From NCBI RefSeq assembly GCF_006345805.1, contig NW_021834992.1, positions 1 through 43,674 of the forward strand: 43,674 nucleotides of DNA, read 5' to 3'. How positions within the stretch are numbered: position 1 is the first letter of the stretch; every line of letters starts with the position of its first letter. Below, in pieces: positions 1 to 11,362 of this stretch. The DNA comes from Octopus sinensis (Eukaryota). The notes under the pieces are model-generated. The model had not been told where the DNA came from. It saw only the letters and a program-made list of their open reading frames with translations, and did not search any database. Both the position numbers and the translations under genes were made by a program.

Positions 1-385
1 ATTTACGTTGAGATTTCAAATTCTTTCCTGTTTTCAGATTCGATAAAAAAAAGAGTACCAGTTAAACACTGGTGTCGATGTAATCGATAACAATCCCACC
101 CGCTTTCCACCAACATTGTTGTCTTTCTACCAGAAACCGTTATTGTTGTTACATTGTTATTGTTGATAACGACGACGACGACGACGCGATGATGATGATG
201 ATGATGATGATGATGATATTTTTGTATCTCCAGTTCTGGCTTTTGTACTTGCCCTATGTGTGTGTGTGTGTGTATTAAGGTGTCACGCCTTCAGAGAAGG
301 CATTTCATAAGAAACACCTTTCTAAAGAGATGAACTGGTGTAAACAGACACTCTTACAGCACTCGCTTGCCTCTCCTGGCTGTTG

Positions 386-449
<64 letters not shown>

Positions 450-501
450 AGCTACTATTGCAGCTGCTGTTACTACATTATTATTATTATTATATTATTT
501 A

Positions 502-546
<45 letters not shown>

Positions 547-553
547 CTGTTTT

Positions 554-695
554 CACGTTCTGACTTCAAATGCCGCCAAGGTCGACTTTGTCTTTCATCC
601 GGTCGATAAATAAAGTACCACTTACGCACTGATGTCGATGTAATCGACTCGTCCCCTTTCCCCAAATTTCAGTGCCTGTAATAGAAAAGATTATT
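554..695 (+). mobile_element. SINE family A, 5'-truncated copy
   Basis: B-box-like gacttcaaatgcc, body gtcgactttgtctttcatcc..gtcgataaataaagtacc, gtcgatgtaatcgac hairpin, tail aaatttcag..tagaaaagattatt. A further degenerate partial copy lies at 1-140. Confidence 0.75.
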
Positions 696-704
696 GTTAT
701 TATT

Positions 705-736
<32 letters not shown>

Positions 737-749
737 TGTTGTTGTTGAT

Positions 750-960
750 GAGACAGCCAAAATCGTTACTGCGCCGGGGAAAGAAAAGGGTCTTTCCAAT
801 TTTAGGTTTTGCGTTCAAATGACGCCGGTGTTGACTTTACCTTTCATGTTTGAAATCAGTGGAACGAGTACCAATCGATCAAGTGTAGCGGGTGTCGGTA
901 AAATCGACTAACACACTCGCCAAAATGATTTCATGCCTTGTACCTATAGAAGAAAGGATT
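750..960 (+). mobile_element. SINE family A, degenerate copy ending in (ATT)n
   Basis: aaaatcgttactgcgccggg head, gcgttcaaatgacgccggtgttgactttacctttcat body, gccttgtacctatagaagaaaggattatt tail. Confidence 0.7.
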
Positions 961-1015
961 ATTATTATTATTATCATTATTATTATTATTATTATTATTA
1001 TTTATTATTATTATT

Positions 1016-1484
1016 GAGTGAGGGGGTGGTGCATGCCATCGAAGTGACACTGGGGTAGAAATATACGAAGCCCAGTATACCCATCATGACTACCCGTCTG
1101 ATAAGGCTACACCAGGCACATGAATCACAACCATATGTGCGCGACATGGTGATCTCATATCAAGTAACTCATCCCGCTCAAAAGCTCCCTGAATAAGGGT
1201 TGTTTAAGGATGTTGAACAAAACTCCGATGTTTCCAGAGGTGAATTCCTCTCAACACATAGCTATGATGCTCCCCCACTACTTCTGCTCGTGATCAGAGA
1301 TGCACATATCGTCAGCCACTAAGGGACATGCTCAATTGGTTAAGGTCACACAACTGACAAGCAAATCTGTGGTATTAAGCAAAATATTTGCTGTAGTCCA
1401 TCTTTTATACCAAGACAAAACAATGTACATGATAACATTTCTAATCAATTAGAGAACCAATGCCTGGTACTGCATCAGGGCATT
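1016..1484. mobile_element. ~560 bp (TTA)n-embedded interspersed repeat, copy 1 (internal deletions)
   Basis: Aligns by eye with 4946-5490, 5594-6090 and 7168-7724 (gcatgccatc.aagtgacactggggta...tgcctggtactgcatcagggcatt); flanked by (TTA)n on both sides. Confidence 0.9.
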
Positions 1485-1486
1485 CA

Positions 1487-1517
<31 letters not shown>

Positions 1518-1530
1518 TATTATTATATTA

Positions 1531-1561
<31 letters not shown>

Positions 1562-1571
1562 GCTATTATTA

Positions 1572-1626
<55 letters not shown>

Positions 1627-1628
1627 GC

Positions 1629-1685
<57 letters not shown>

Positions 1686-1715
1686 CATTATTATTATTAT
1701 TATTATTATTATTAA
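1485..1715 (+). repeat. (TTA)n microsatellite, ~230 bp
   Basis: Direct inspection; source of the poly-Leu/Ile/Asn ORFs. Confidence 0.98.
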
Positions 1716-1925
1716 ACTGACGAGCTGGTAGAATCGTTAATACGCCGGGAAAATAACTAACGGCATTTCGTCCGTCTTTACGTTCTGAGTTCAAATTCCG
1801 CTTAGGTTGACTTTGCTTTTCATCCTTGCGGGATCGATAAATTAAGTACCAGTCAAGCAATGCTGTCGATGTAATCAAATAGTTCCCTCCCCAAAAATTC
1901 CAGGCCTTGTGTAGCAGAAAAAATC
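1716..1925 (+). mobile_element. SINE family A, near full length
   Basis: gagctggtagaatcgtta head, gttctgagttcaaattccg B-box, tttgcttttcatcc..gataaattaagtaccag body, ccccaaaaattccaggccttgt tail. Confidence 0.85.
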
Positions 1926-2560
1926 TTTTTCTCTTTTCAATAGTGTTGCCCACATTCCTTTGGGGCTTATGCTTCTTGCTTTGTTTTACGCGTTTTCCTT
2001 CGTTCTTTTCCTTTCTGTTGCATCGAAAGTTCCCTACAGAACATAAATGTGCTGCCTTCCAATACAATTTTCTGTTATTCATATGCGGAATCCCGTTTGC
2101 TTTCTTTGTATTTTTGCTTGCCTTTTGTCATAATTTCTTTTATTATTCCGGGGGAAGCCACCCGTGGTTTTTACGGGGATTTTCCATGAGCAGTCTCGAA
2201 CATCTCATCCTTGTTCAGCAATATTCACAGTTAAAATGTTATTGTTCTATTATTTGACTCTTTCTTTTTTTGTTACACAAATTTAGGTGCAAAACCCTCA
2301 TAAAACACACACGCACACACAAATACACACACACATACACACACAAAACGTTTTGTTCTGTGTCGCCCTTAATGCTCTGTTATTGTTGTTGTTGTTGTTG
2401 ATGATGATGATGTTGTTCATGTTACCGTTTATGGTCTTATTCTTTCGGTCTCTATTCGTTCCACGCCGAAATTCCCAACAATCCTTTATTTTCTCGTCTA
2501 CGTCTCCAATATACTCTCAGTTTCTACTCACGGTTTCCCTTCAAGTATTAATCTTCAATA

Positions 2561-2601
<41 letters not shown>

Positions 2602-2605
<4 letters not shown>

Positions 2606-2978
2606 CACAATGGCCCAGTGGTTAGAACAGCGGATTCGCTGTCGTAGAATCGCGGTTTCGAGTGTCTATTGAGCGAAAACACCTAAAGCTCCACGACCTC
2701 TGGCAGGGGCTAACCTAAAGCTCCACGACCTCTGGCAGGGGCTAGTGTCGATCCCTGCTATACTTTTTCTCTCACTCTTTCTTCCTGTTTCTTTTATACA
2801 TGTATTTCAAAGGGTCAGCCTTTCCACACTCTGTGTCACCCTGAATCTCCCTGAGAAATACGTTAAGAGTACACGTGTCTGCGGAGTGCTCAGCCACTTG
2901 CACGTTAATTTCACGAGCAAGCTGTTCCGTTGATCGGATCAACTGGAACCCTCATCGTCGCAACCGACGGAGTGCCAC
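2602..2978 (+). mobile_element. tRNA-derived SINE family B (octopus OR-like), full length
   Basis: A-box tggcccagtggttag, then cgcggtttcga (B-box region truncated); 3' half tgtatttcaaaggg..gatcggatcaactggaaccctcatcgtcgcaaccgacggagtgcca shared with family C; exact 32 bp internal tandem duplication at 2681-2744. Confidence 0.85.
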
Positions 2979-3000
2979 GATATAAATATATATACATTCA

Positions 3001-3178
3001 TTCTTTTATTCTCTTACTCCTTTCAGTCATTTGAGTACGGCCATGCTGGGGCACCGTCTTTGGTCGAACAAATCGACGCTAAGTATTTATTCTATCGATC
3101 CGTTTGCCGAACCTCTAAGTTACGGGGACGTAAACACACCAACATCGGTTGTCAAATGATAGTGAGGGGACAAGCACA

Positions 3179-3230
<52 letters not shown>

Positions 3231-3495
3231 AACACAAACACAACACACACACACTCACGCAAAATACACACACACACATATATATACTCTTTTACTCTTT
3301 TATATGTTTCAATCATTTCACTGCGGCCATGCTGGAGCACCACCTTTAGTCGAATAAATCGACCCCAGGACTTATTCATTGTCAGCCTAGTACTTATTCT
3401 ATTGGAATCTCTACGCCGAACCGCTAAGTTACGGGGACGTAAACACACCAGCATCGGTTGGCAAGCGATGGTGGGGTTACAAACAGACACAAACA
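3001..3495 (-). mobile_element. Two tandem 3' halves of the CORE-type SINE (3001-3180 and 3287-3495) separated by (CA)n
   Basis: Reverse complement of ..gatgttggtgtgtttacgtccccgtaacttagcggttcgg..tcgactaaaggtggtgctccagcatggccgcag..gaaac; same sequence as 32383-32570. Confidence 0.9.
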
Positions 3496-3605
3496 ACACA
3501 CACACACATATATATATATACATATTTATATACATATATATATACATACATACATATATATACATACATACATGTGTGTGTGTATATATATATATATATA
3601 CATAC

Positions 3606-3661
<56 letters not shown>

Positions 3662-3799
3662 TCTATTATATATCTATATATCTATATATATCTATATATA
3701 TATATATATATCTATATATATATGCCTTGCCATGCCTTCAGTGTTATGAACTTTGGCCGTCTTTGTAACGATAAAGCATAAAATATAAACAAATAAGCG

Positions 3800-3870
3800 C
3801 CAACATGGCAGAGTGGTAAGACATTTGCTTTTCCAACCACATGGTTCCGGGTTCAGTCCCACAGCGTGTG
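3800..3870 (+). mobile_element. Isolated tRNA-like head of the CORE-type SINE
   Basis: tggcagagtggtaag A-box; ccaaccacatggttccgggttcagtcccac matches heads at 10725, 33616 and 39066. Confidence 0.75.
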
Positions 3871-3955
3871 AATTTCAGCTGGTGCCTTCTACTAGTGAGT
3901 AAAACAAGCGAAATATAAAACATTAACTATGAAAGATACACATATGGCAAATCTT

Positions 3956-3956
<1 letters not shown>

Positions 3957-3992
<36 letters not shown>

Positions 3993-4255
3993 CAACAGCA
4001 GAAGTTGTAGTTGTAGTAGTAGCAACAACAGGAGTAGCAGTAGTAGTGGTAGTGGTAGTGGTAGCAGCAGCAGCAATAGTAGTAGTTGTGCTGTTGTTGA
4101 TGGTGACCATCAATTGTTGATGGTAGTGGTGGTCGTCGTCGTCGTCTTCGTAGTAATAGTGGTAATTGTGGTGCTGGTGGTGCTGGTGGTGGTAGTGGTG
4201 GTGTGGTTATGGTAGGCAGCGTCGTCGTGGTCGTCGTCGTAGTGTAGCAGTAGTA
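3957..4255 (+). repeat. Compound (GTA)n/(GTG)n/(GTC)n microsatellite
   Basis: Direct inspection. Confidence 0.95.
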
Positions 4256-4261
4256 AATATG

Positions 4262-4438
4262 TGAAGGCGCGTGGCCTGGTGGTTATTGTCTTGGATCCAT
4301 AACCATAGGATCAGGAGTTTAGTTCCTCGACTCGGACGCGGCGTGCCGTCCTTCAGCCAGACACTCCACTCCATTTCACGCTGCTCCAGCAGTGTCGTCA
4401 GCTCAAAATGATTACCAGCTGTTTCTTGATACTGCCCT

Positions 4439-4440
<2 letters not shown>
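4262..4440 (+). mobile_element. Degenerate C-group SINE 5' part
   Basis: tgaaggcgcgtggcctggtggtta head; atttcacgctgctccagcagtgtcgtcagct resembles the C body tttcacgttgctccagtccactcagctg. Confidence 0.55.
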
Positions 4441-4482
<42 letters not shown>

Positions 4483-4765
4483 CTCTGTAAGTAGCTACCA
4501 TATATTACTACTACTGCTACTACTAAGTAGTAGTAATAGTAGTAGTAGTAGTAGTAGTAGTAGTTGTAGCAGCAGCCGTTCAAGAATTTGGACCTGGAGA
4601 TCTCCATTTCCAGTGAGTTTCAGGGCCACCTCCCAGTGGTGTCGGGCGTCAACGAAGAGCCCTCAACTAGAACAAGACGACCAAAATTTTTTTTTCCAAG
4701 GTCTGGGGTCTCCCACCCCTAAGCCCCAGACCATCACCTAATCACCCTGACCCGTCTTGTTGCTT

Positions 4766-4796
<31 letters not shown>

Positions 4797-4945
4797 GCAG
4801 CAGTACTTATTTGTGACTGTATCTTTTCACTTGTTTATATCTATATCGAACTGCATGTAGCCTAGTTTTTTTCCTAATATCGATCGCTTGCTACATAGAT
4901 ATTATTAGACGTCCCTATGCTAAACAAAAGGACATAATTATCATT

Positions 4946-5490
4946 GAGTTAAAGAGCAGCGAATGCCATCAAAATGACACTGATGCACAAATATATGAAT
5001 CCCAATATACCCAGCATGACCACCCGTCTGATAAGGGTACATCAGGCACATGTATAACAACCATATGTACGGGACGTGCTGATCTCGTATCAAGATAAAT
5101 AGGACAGGATCTTGCAGGTGGGGCCCAGTTAGAATTTTCTTCTGGTCGAGTAGGTCATCCTAATCAAAAGGTCCCTGAATAAGGTTTGTTTTAAGGATCA
5201 TGTAACAGAAACCCATGCTTCCAAGGAGGAATTATTCAAACCCCAAACAATTCCACTCAACACATGATTATGATACCCCCCCTACTCCTGCTCGGTATCG
5301 GAGATGCACATAACGTCAGTCACTAAAGGACTTTCTCAACTGATTAAGGTCAAGCACATCTGCGGTATTGAGCTTAATATTTCCTGGAGCCCACCTTTTA
5401 CACTAAGACAAAACATGTTCATGATAACGTTTGCAATCAGTTCATGTCAGAAGCTACGAGAGCCACTGCCTGCTACTGCATCATGGCGTT
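4946..5490. mobile_element. ~560 bp (TTA)n-embedded repeat, copy 2 (more diverged)
   Basis: Collinear with copy 4; followed by (TTA)n at 5490-5593 and then copy 3. Confidence 0.9.
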
Positions 5491-5593
5491 TATTATTATT
5501 ATCATTATTATTATATTATTATTATTATATTATTATTATTATATTATTATTATCATTATTATTATTATTATTATTATTATCATTATTATTATT

Positions 5594-6090
5594 GAGTGAG
5601 AGAGCTATGCATGCCATCAAAGTGATACTGGGGTAAAATATACGAAGCCCAGTATACCTATCATGACTACCCGTCTGAGAAGAGTAAAGTAGGCACATGC
5701 ATCACAACCATATGTGCGCGACATGGTGATCCCATGTCAAGATAAACAGCGCATGACCTTGCAGGTGAGACCCAGTTAGAATTTTCTTCTGGTCGAGTAA
5801 CCCATCCCACTCAAAAGGTCCCTGAATAAGGATTGTTTAAGGATGTTGAACGAAACACCCATGTTTCCAAACGTGTATTATCTGAACCCCAAACAATCTC
5901 TCTCAACACATGGCTATGATGCTCCCCCACTCTTCTGCAAGTGATCAGAGATGCACATATTGTTAGCCACTAAGGGACATGCTCAACTGGTTAAGGTCAA
6001 ACAACTGACAAGCAAATCTGTGGTATTGTGCAGAATATTTGCTATAGCCCATCTTTTATACCAAGACAAAACAATGTACATGATAACACT
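5594..6090. mobile_element. ~560 bp (TTA)n-embedded repeat, copy 3 (lacks last ~60 bp)
   Basis: Collinear with copy 4 up to tgtacatgataacact, then (TTA)n. Confidence 0.9.
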
Positions 6091-6106
6091 ATTATTAGTA
6101 TTATTA

Positions 6107-6144
<38 letters not shown>

Positions 6145-6232
6145 TATTATATTATTATTATTATCATCATCATCATCATCATCATCATTATTATCATTAT
6201 TATTATTATTATTATTATTATCATTATTATTA

Positions 6233-6266
<34 letters not shown>

Positions 6267-6411
6267 GTTGTTGTTGTTGTGTTGTTGTTATTGTTGTTGT
6301 TGTTGTTATTATTATTATTATTATTATTGTTGTTGTTGTGTTGTTGTTATTGTTGTTGTTGTTGTTATTATTATCATTATTATTATTATTGTAATTATCA
6401 TCATTATTATT

Positions 6412-6600
6412 AAGGCGGTAAGCTGACAGAGCCGTCACTACACCGGGCGGTATCTTGTCCGGCAATTACGTTCTGAGTTAAAATTCCTCTGCGGTCGACT
6501 GTGACTTTCATCCTTTCGCGGTCGAAGAAATAAGTACCAGTCGAATACTGGTGTCCCTCACTCGAAATTCCAGGCCTTGCGCTTATAATAGAATGGAATA
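6412..6600 (+). mobile_element. SINE family A, degenerate
   Basis: aaggcggtaagctgacagagccgtc head, acgttctgagttaaaattcc, gtcgactgtgactttcatcctttcgcggtcga body, gaaattccaggccttg tail. Confidence 0.8.
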
Positions 6601-7114
6601 TTATAAGAGATCTTCAGCCTGTATTACGTAAATATAAATACTAGCCGTAAAGCGAGGTCTATTTAAGCGACTTTATCCTTCGCATTAGATGCGTTCGCCC
6701 CTGTGTCATTTTTAATGAAATCTTCATCATCAACACTCCTCCTCTTCCACCTCTCCTCATCATTGTCGTCGTCGACGTCATCATCAGCATCTGCATCATC
6801 TTTGTAATCATTCTCTACACTTACTGACATTGGTTTTGTGGACATTGACAGAAACAATCCATAAAGAATGGTCGCTTCTCCCTGATCTACTGGAACGTTT
6901 CAATTTCACAAGACAGTCAACCTGATGTCAATACCATACCTATCAATCATTATATTCGATTCTTTTTAATTGATTTTATCTCTTGCACGTTCCTCAACAA
7001 ATTACTTACCTCCTGCTAGTATTACCGGCAGATCTACTATTCAAGTTGGCAGAATTGTTCAAGCGCCGCTCAAATTTCAGCTAGAATTTTGCCCTTGTGT
7101 CCAATAAAGAAACG

Positions 7115-7151
<37 letters not shown>

Positions 7152-7167
7152 TATTATTATTATTATT

Positions 7168-7724
7168 GAATGAGAGAGCATTGCATGCCATCAAAGTGAC
7201 ACTGGGGTAAAATATACGAAGCCCAATATACCCATCATGACTACCCGTCTGATAAAGGTACACCAGGCACATGCATCACAACCATATGTGCGCGACATGG
7301 TGATCTCATATCAAGATAAACAGAACATGACCTTGCAGGTGGGGCCCAGTTAGAATTTTCTTCAGGTTGAGTAGCCCATCCCGCTCAAACGGTCCCTGAA
7401 TAAGGGTTGTTTAAGGATGTTGAAAGAATCACCCATGTTTCCAGAGGTGAACTATTCAAACCCCAAAGAATCCCTCTCAACACATGGCTATGATGCTCCC
7501 CCACTACTTCTGCTCGTGATCAGAGATGCATATATCGTCAGCCACTAAGGGACATGCTCAACTGGTTATGGTCAAACAACTGACAAGCAAATCTGTGGTA
7601 TTGAGCAGAATATTTGCTGTAGCCCATCTTTTATACCAAGACAAAACAATGTACATGATAACACTTCCAATCAGTTAAGATCAGAAGCCATGAGAGCCAC
7701 TGCCTGGTACTGCATCAGGGCATT
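7168..7724. mobile_element. ~560 bp (TTA)n-embedded repeat, copy 4 (most complete)
   Basis: Runs from gaatgagagagcattgcatgccatcaaag to tgcatcagggcatt; (TTA)n on both sides. Confidence 0.92.
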
Positions 7725-8039
7725 TATTATTATTATTATTATTATTATCATTATTATTATTATCATTATTATTATTATCATTATTATTATTTTTATTATT
7801 ATTGAATTTGTACGAGCTGAGCATTGAGGGTCGGTGTAAGCGACTCCGCTCCCGTTTCACAACTGCTGACCTTGTGTGTAAATATGAAAGGATTATTATA
7901 CAAGGTCCATGTGGCTAATAAAAGAAACCATTAGTAGTAGTGTTGTTGTTCTTGTTGCTGTTCATCTTGTCACTGATATAACCGTTGCGGCGTGAACATT
8001 CTCTCTCCATTGTACGAGTCGTTTTTATTGTCGTCATCG

Positions 8040-8164
8040 AAACTGTCAGCATTCTCTTTATAATCGATGGAATAATTACGGCCATAATTATTATCATCAA
8101 CGTCATCATCATCACCATCGTCGTCGTCGTTATCGTCGTCATCATCATCATCATCATCATCATT

Positions 8165-8196
<32 letters not shown>

Positions 8197-8420
8197 CATC
8201 ACCATCGTCGTCGTCGTCATCATCATCATCATCATCATCATCTCCATCCTCAACTTCATCATCATTGTCAGCAGCAGCAACATGATCAAGATATTGATGA
8301 ACTTCACGAGCGGAGGCGGCGGCAGGGACAGCATTCTCATCAGCACCAAAAACAACACCACCACCAACAACAACAACGGCAATAGTGTTATCACTACCAC
8401 TATCAACAACAGCAACATCA
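8040..8420 (+). repeat. Degenerate (CAT)n/(CAC)n/(CAA)n tract
   Basis: Direct inspection; source of the poly-Asp/Met/Ile ORFs. Confidence 0.9.
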
Positions 8421-8422
8421 GC

Positions 8423-8690
8423 GTGGAGGCGCAATGGCCCAGTGGTTAGGGCAGCGGACTCGCGGTCGGAGGATCGCGGTTTCGATTCCCAGACCGGGCG
8501 TTGTATGTGTTTATTCAGCGAAAACACCTAAAAGCTTCACGAGGCTCCAGCAGGGGGGGGGGTGACCCTGTTGTACTCTTTCGCTCCAACTTTCTCTCAC
8601 TCTTTCTTCCTGTTTTCTGTACCCGACTTCCTACGCAACCGCTGACCCTGGATGCGCATTCATCCATCCGTCGGTGTCGGGGGTTGACCT
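8423..8690 (+). mobile_element. SINE family B, 5' half with a different 3' segment
   Basis: gtggaggcgcaatggcccagtggttagggcagcggactcgcggtcggaggatcgcggtttcgattccc carries intact A and B boxes. Matches 36498 up to ctttcttcctgttt, then diverges. Confidence 0.85.
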
Positions 8691-9199
8691 GCTTTCTCTT
8701 CTGCGGGTATTACGAATAGCAAAGGACCACGTTTCGGACTTCTCCCACTCTGGGAAAAAGACCGCTTCGCTCAACGGCGACAACAGCAACAGCATCAACA
8801 ACATAAGCACCATCTCCACCACCACCACCACCACCAGCACCGCTACCACCACCCTCAGTAATTGTATCATTACCACCACCGCCACTACTCTAACTACTTC
8901 ACTAGCACCACAGCTAACACCACCATCACCACCACCACCAATAACAACAACAACAACAATAACAGCAGAACTCGCGCTGTTCCTAGCACGACCACCACCA
9001 CGGCAGCCGCTGCCGCAAACCCTCCTACCACACCTCATTAAAAATACCGCTCCAGGATTCCCCGGCCGCTCGCTCCATCGCCCCCCCCCCTGACAGCCCC
9101 CTGACTCCCGTTCAGTGTCATTATGGCTGCCGGCGATCCTCTTAACACTTTCACTTTGGCGACGAGCCTCCTCCCTCGCACACGCGCGGTGCTAACGGC

Positions 9200-9699
9200 A
9201 TCACGCTGCTACCACCACCACCACCACCAATACCACCAATACCACTACTGCTGCTGCTCTTATACTATAAATACTACTACTATATTACTATAAGTACTAC
9301 TATGATTGTTGCTGCTTCTGTACTACCTCCACAACCACTGCCAGCACCACCACTACTATTAATAATAATAATAATATTGCTGTTACTACAACTACTGCTG
9401 CTACTACTACTGGAAAAGTATTGTCGCTGTAGAATGGTTGGCAACATCAGGCAAAGATTGTTGCAGGAATAAAATAAAATAAAATAAAAATAACAGAACA
9501 AAACAACAGCGTAGCAGCATCCAAATAGTTGTAGTAGTGGCAGTAGTATCATCATCATCAGCAGCAGCAGCAGTAGTAGTAGTGGTAGAAGTAGTAGTAT
9601 TTGTATTAGTAGTAGTAGTAGTAGTAGTAGTAATAGTAGTAGTATCATTAGCAGCAGCAGCAGCAGTAGTAATAGTGGTAGAAGTAGTAGTATTTGTAT

Positions 9700-9734
<35 letters not shown>

Positions 9735-9890
9735 TTTGTATTAGTAGTAGTAGTAGTAGTAGTAGTAGCAGCAGCAGCAGTAGTGGTAGTGGTAGTAGTA
9801 GTAGTTGTAGTAGTAGTAGCAGCAGCAGCAGTAGTGGTAGTAGTAGTAGTAGTTGTAGTAGTAGTAGTTGGTGGTTGTGGTGGTGGTCGC
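9200..9890 (+). repeat. Compound (CTA)/(TAG)/(CAG) microsatellite with a higher-order unit
   Basis: gtggtagaagtagtagtatttgtattagtagtag recurs near 9583, 9676 and 9718. Confidence 0.9.
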
Positions 9891-10194
9891 ATTAGAATTG
9901 GTTGAAAGTGTTGATACCCTGGTGTTGATTGTGCTGGCGTCTGTTATTGTTGACCCCTTTGTGACCAGGCTGTATGCTAAAAATGGTAGTCAAATTACCC
10001 TTTAAATCATAACCAAGCGTTTTTGAGAAACAACAGCACAACAGACGATGCAATACTAGGTTAGCAAAGACAGGCGGTTTGGTCACGGTTAGAACGCCCT
10101 GGTTCACAAATCTATTCAGGCAAGTTTCACATTTAGCTAACGAAAAGCACCTGTGATTGTCTACACTGCTGCTGCTGCTGCTGCTGCTGCTAAT

Positions 10195-10555
10195 GTTTAG
10201 CTAAGCTGCGATCGAGCAGACTTATGAAGAAAAGCACTCCGGCCATGACCATCCACGGGCTAGTTCATCCTTTATATTTTTCCATATTTAAGTTGATCAG
10301 GTTTAGTTTAAGAGTGATTTGACTGCTATTTTTAGCATTTTGAGTCCTGCTGATCACATGTTCCCTCGTCACTTCATATTCCTGTTGTTGATGTTGGTTG
10401 TGCTGCCTCTGATTTCCGTTGATGTTTCTATTTAGCCCCAGGACAACCGTAACTGAGCAAGGCTTCCAGCTGTAAATAAATTTACTGTCCTTTAAAACAA
10501 CAGGGTGTCATTTGAGGAAGATGACGCTTCTATTTCTAGCAGAATCTCAGCCTAC
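10195..10555 (+). repeat. Degenerate interspersed repeat (family F), probably two partial copies
   Basis: Motifs tttagc..gagca..ccagc/ggccatgaccat and (t)gactgctattt(t/c)tagca recur at 31490-31690 (+) and about 33040-33150 (-). Confidence 0.5.
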
Positions 10556-10724
10556 AGTCATAATAAAAGAGAAATGTTGCGTTACATAATTTAGTCCTGG
10601 AAACAACAGATGGGTACGGCACAGCTGAAACACTATGAATCGTAGACTTACCCTTAGAGCCTACGAACCTAAAACCATAACACAAAATAAAGCAAAGGAA
10701 AAAACTTTGGTGGCTGAGCAAATA

Positions 10725-11108
10725 GGGGTAGGCATGGATGTGTGGTAAGAAGCATGCTTCCCAACCAGATGGTTCTGGGTTCAATCTCATTGGGTGGCAC
10801 CTTGAGCAAATATCTTCTACTATAGCCACAGAACGGAAACTGAAAGAAGCCTGTCGAACATATATCTCTATATAATATGTGTGTGCGTGTGTGTGTATGT
10901 GTGTGTTTGTGTTTGTCCCCCCACAACAGCTCGACAACCGGTGTTGGTGCGTTTATGTCCCTGTATCATAGCGGTTCGGCAAAAGACACCAATAGAATAA
11001 GTACAAGGCTTAAAAAATGATGAGTACTTGGGTCCGTTCATCCAGTTAAAGATTTATCGAAGTGATGATCCAGTATGGCCGCAGTCTAATGACTGAAACA
11101 AGATAAAA
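10725..11108 (+). mobile_element. CORE-type tRNA-derived SINE (octopus OR2-like), full length, internal TA/TG microsatellite
   Basis: Head gtgtggtaagaagcatgcttcccaacc..ggttcaatc; gtggcaccttgagcaa (CORE-like); 3' tail cagtatggccgcagtctaatgactgaaac. Confidence 0.85.
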
Positions 11109-11362
11109 CATGCTCCTTGGTTTTCTGTTACATATATATTCAACGCATGCTTAATTTGCATCATTACCCTTCATTTTCTGAAAAGAAACTCATGTCTCCA
11201 TGGGTTATTTTCGTTCAAAAGCTATTAGCGTGTTTCACCCAAAACCTGACGATTCTTAAATAAATATAGAAACGAGTTACATAGAATAATGACAACATAA
11301 TAAGGGTGTTGCCATAGTGAGCAAACCATCTGGGAAAAGTTTTACCGAATTCGATTCACAGT

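Noticed and set aside
6663-6857. 64 aa acidic ORF containing DYKDD (FLAG-like) and KRRS (convertase-like site)
   Set aside because: It derives from a decayed (GAT)n tract, has no signal peptide, and the FLAG similarity is only five residues.
7005-7085. Possible minus-strand exon ending at a GTAAGT donor
   Set aside because: It overlaps a decayed SINE-A remnant, and GTAAGT is expected many times by chance in AT-rich DNA.
8423-8495. tRNA-like sequences at SINE heads (also 2602, 30039, 31400-31472, 36498)
   Set aside because: They have A and B boxes but lack a complete acceptor stem and continue into SINE bodies, so they are not called as tRNA genes.
11230-11282. CTGACGA...GAAACG hammerhead-like spacing
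   Set aside because: Stem II does not pair convincingly and the UH site is missing.
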